Source: a virus
Taxonomy: Duplodnaviria; Heunggongvirae; Uroviricota; Caudoviricetes
Length of the DNA stretch: 46,006 bases
Virus record (IMG/VR): IMGVR_UViG_3300028886_000029
Span: 1-46,006 of that record
Direction: 5' to 3' (one strand)
Shown here: positions 44,975 to 46,006 of the stretch, piece by piece
Layout of the letters: the number at the start of each line of letters is the position of its first letter
Position numbering within the stretch: position 1 is the first letter of the stretch
Notes under the pieces: generated by a model
The model's input: only the letters and a program-made list of their open reading frames with translations
What the model was told of the DNA's origin: nothing
Database searches by the model: none
Position numbers and translations under genes: made by a program

Positions 44975-45466
44975 TTAAAAAGGAAGGTCATCACCATCAT
45001 CAGGAATAACTTCGTTTATAACCTGCTGTACAACCGGATGAACTTCAGGTACAGCCACCTGAGGTGTTGATGTGGTAGTTGGAGGCAAGTTCCCAACTGA
45101 AACACTTTCGATTGTAGTTTTGGTTACGTTGTTTTCAGGTTCACTTGTCCTGTTATTATTTCCAAGATTCGGAACTTTGATTGCCGAAGCAGTAATGTTA
45201 TGGTTAAGATAAATCTTTCCGTTCTTACCAACATTAATCTTGCTATCAACATCACCAACAATTACAACAAAAGCACCCTTTTTTAGTACTTTAATTTGCG
45301 TATTAACAACAAAATTGTCATAAGAAGTAACATCATACCATGTGGTCTTGTCTTCTCCATTACGATAATTGTTTTCCGCAACAGTAAACTTTACATACTT
45401 GGTTCCACCACTGGTTTCACCAATTTCGGCATCCTTTCCAAGCCGACCAATTACAACATTAATCAT
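44975..45466 (-). CDS. ssb: Single-stranded DNA-binding protein
   Basis: VIGRLGKDAE OB fold, TTWYDV, acidic tail DDLPF; ATG at 45466. Confidence 0.92.
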   Translation of the reverse strand: MINVVIGRLGKDAEIGETSGGTKYVKFTVAENNYRNGEDKTTWYDVTSYDNFVVNTQIKVLKKGAFVVIVGDVDSKINVGKNGKIYLNHNITASAIKVPNLGNNNRTSEPENNVTKTTIESVSVGNLPPTTTSTPQVAVPEVHPVVQQVINEVIPDDGDDLPF

Positions 45467-45604
45467 AAAAAATAAAAGTTTTAAAAAATTTAATTTGATT
45501 TGTGTGTGGAATTGAGCCACATTTTTTTCCTTTCACAAATTACCAATGCAAATATACATACATTTTTAATAAAAACAAAATATTTATATAAAAATGTTAA
45601 AAAT

Positions 45605-45907
45605 ATGGAAAACATAAATTATACAGTATCTACTAACAATATTAATATTAAAGATAGTTATTTAGTCTCCAAAAAGAATTTCAAAGAAATACTCAATACT
45701 ATAAAATCTGAGTATCCAGACAATATTGTATTTAAAAACAGAAAAATTAAAAGTATGATGCTTGAATGGGCAACACATAATTTCTGTTATAAAATCAACT
45801 TTGAACGTAATAGAACCAAAGATGTTGATTTAAATTACCCTCAGGAAAAAAAGGTAAATATATTATATAACATTGTTGGTGTTCTTGTATGGTTATTTGT
45901 TAAATAG
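45605..45907 (+). CDS. Hypothetical protein
   Basis: ATG at 45605; TATTTATA upstream. Confidence 0.6.
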   Translation: MENINYTVSTNNINIKDSYLVSKKNFKEILNTIKSEYPDNIVFKNRKIKSMMLEWATHNFCYKINFERNRTKDVDLNYPQEKKVNILYNIVGVLVWLFVK

Positions 45908-46006
45908 TATCTTTCAAACTATTTGTTTTATCATCCTCATAACCAATATTACTGGATTCACTAAAAACATCAAAGGCAATTTTACTTGCTTTTGTTAGAT
46001 ATGTTT

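Noticed and set aside
1-46006. Stop-codon recoding (TAG to Gln, as in Lak-type phages) or a suppressor tRNA
   Set aside because: Conserved genes are full length in code 11, both tnpB genes end at TAG, and no CTA/TTA/TCA-anticodon tRNA was found. tRNA-Leu(TAG) reads CTA codons and is not a suppressor.
1-46006. CRISPR array
   Set aside because: No run of constant repeats with unique spacers; the 63-bp repeats are coding and the intron/tRNA similarities are dispersed.

Overview
AT-rich segment that looks like part of a large (jumbo-type) Bacteroidota-infecting phage genome in the standard genetic code. Support: TAnnTTTG host-type promoters, Prevotella/Bacteroides-phage-style small genes, and no recoding signal. 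Layout: (1) 1-4 kb small early-type genes. (2) A TnpB element without TnpA, next to a truncated F420-0:glutamyl-ligase-like gene. (3) A ~10 kb minus-strand tRNA/ncRNA array (7.2-17.6 kb) with about 20 recognisable tRNAs. Three are split by paralogous group I introns and one by a 56-nt non-group-I insert. The array also holds atypical tRNA-like elements, two free-standing endonucleases and several unexplained structured RNAs. (4) DHFR-thymidylate synthase fusion with a GIY-YIG endonuclease and a duplicated thyA 3' end, then clpP, a phosphoesterase, primase, a second TnpB, an RNase H-like gene, a macro-like gene, dnaJ, a nuclease/methylase-like pair and HEXXH proteins. (5) Large virion/tail-fibre-like genes, thioredoxin and SSB. 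The strongest candidate for a novel system is a dispersed TnpB/omega-RNA set. It comprises two intact-looking TnpBs without transposase plus two orphan tnpB-3'-end (omega-RNA-like) cassettes inside the tRNA array. One cassette shows a compensatory base change; the other sits with its own promoter motif in the P1 loop of a tRNA-Ser group I intron. All calls are by eye; no database search or folding program was run.
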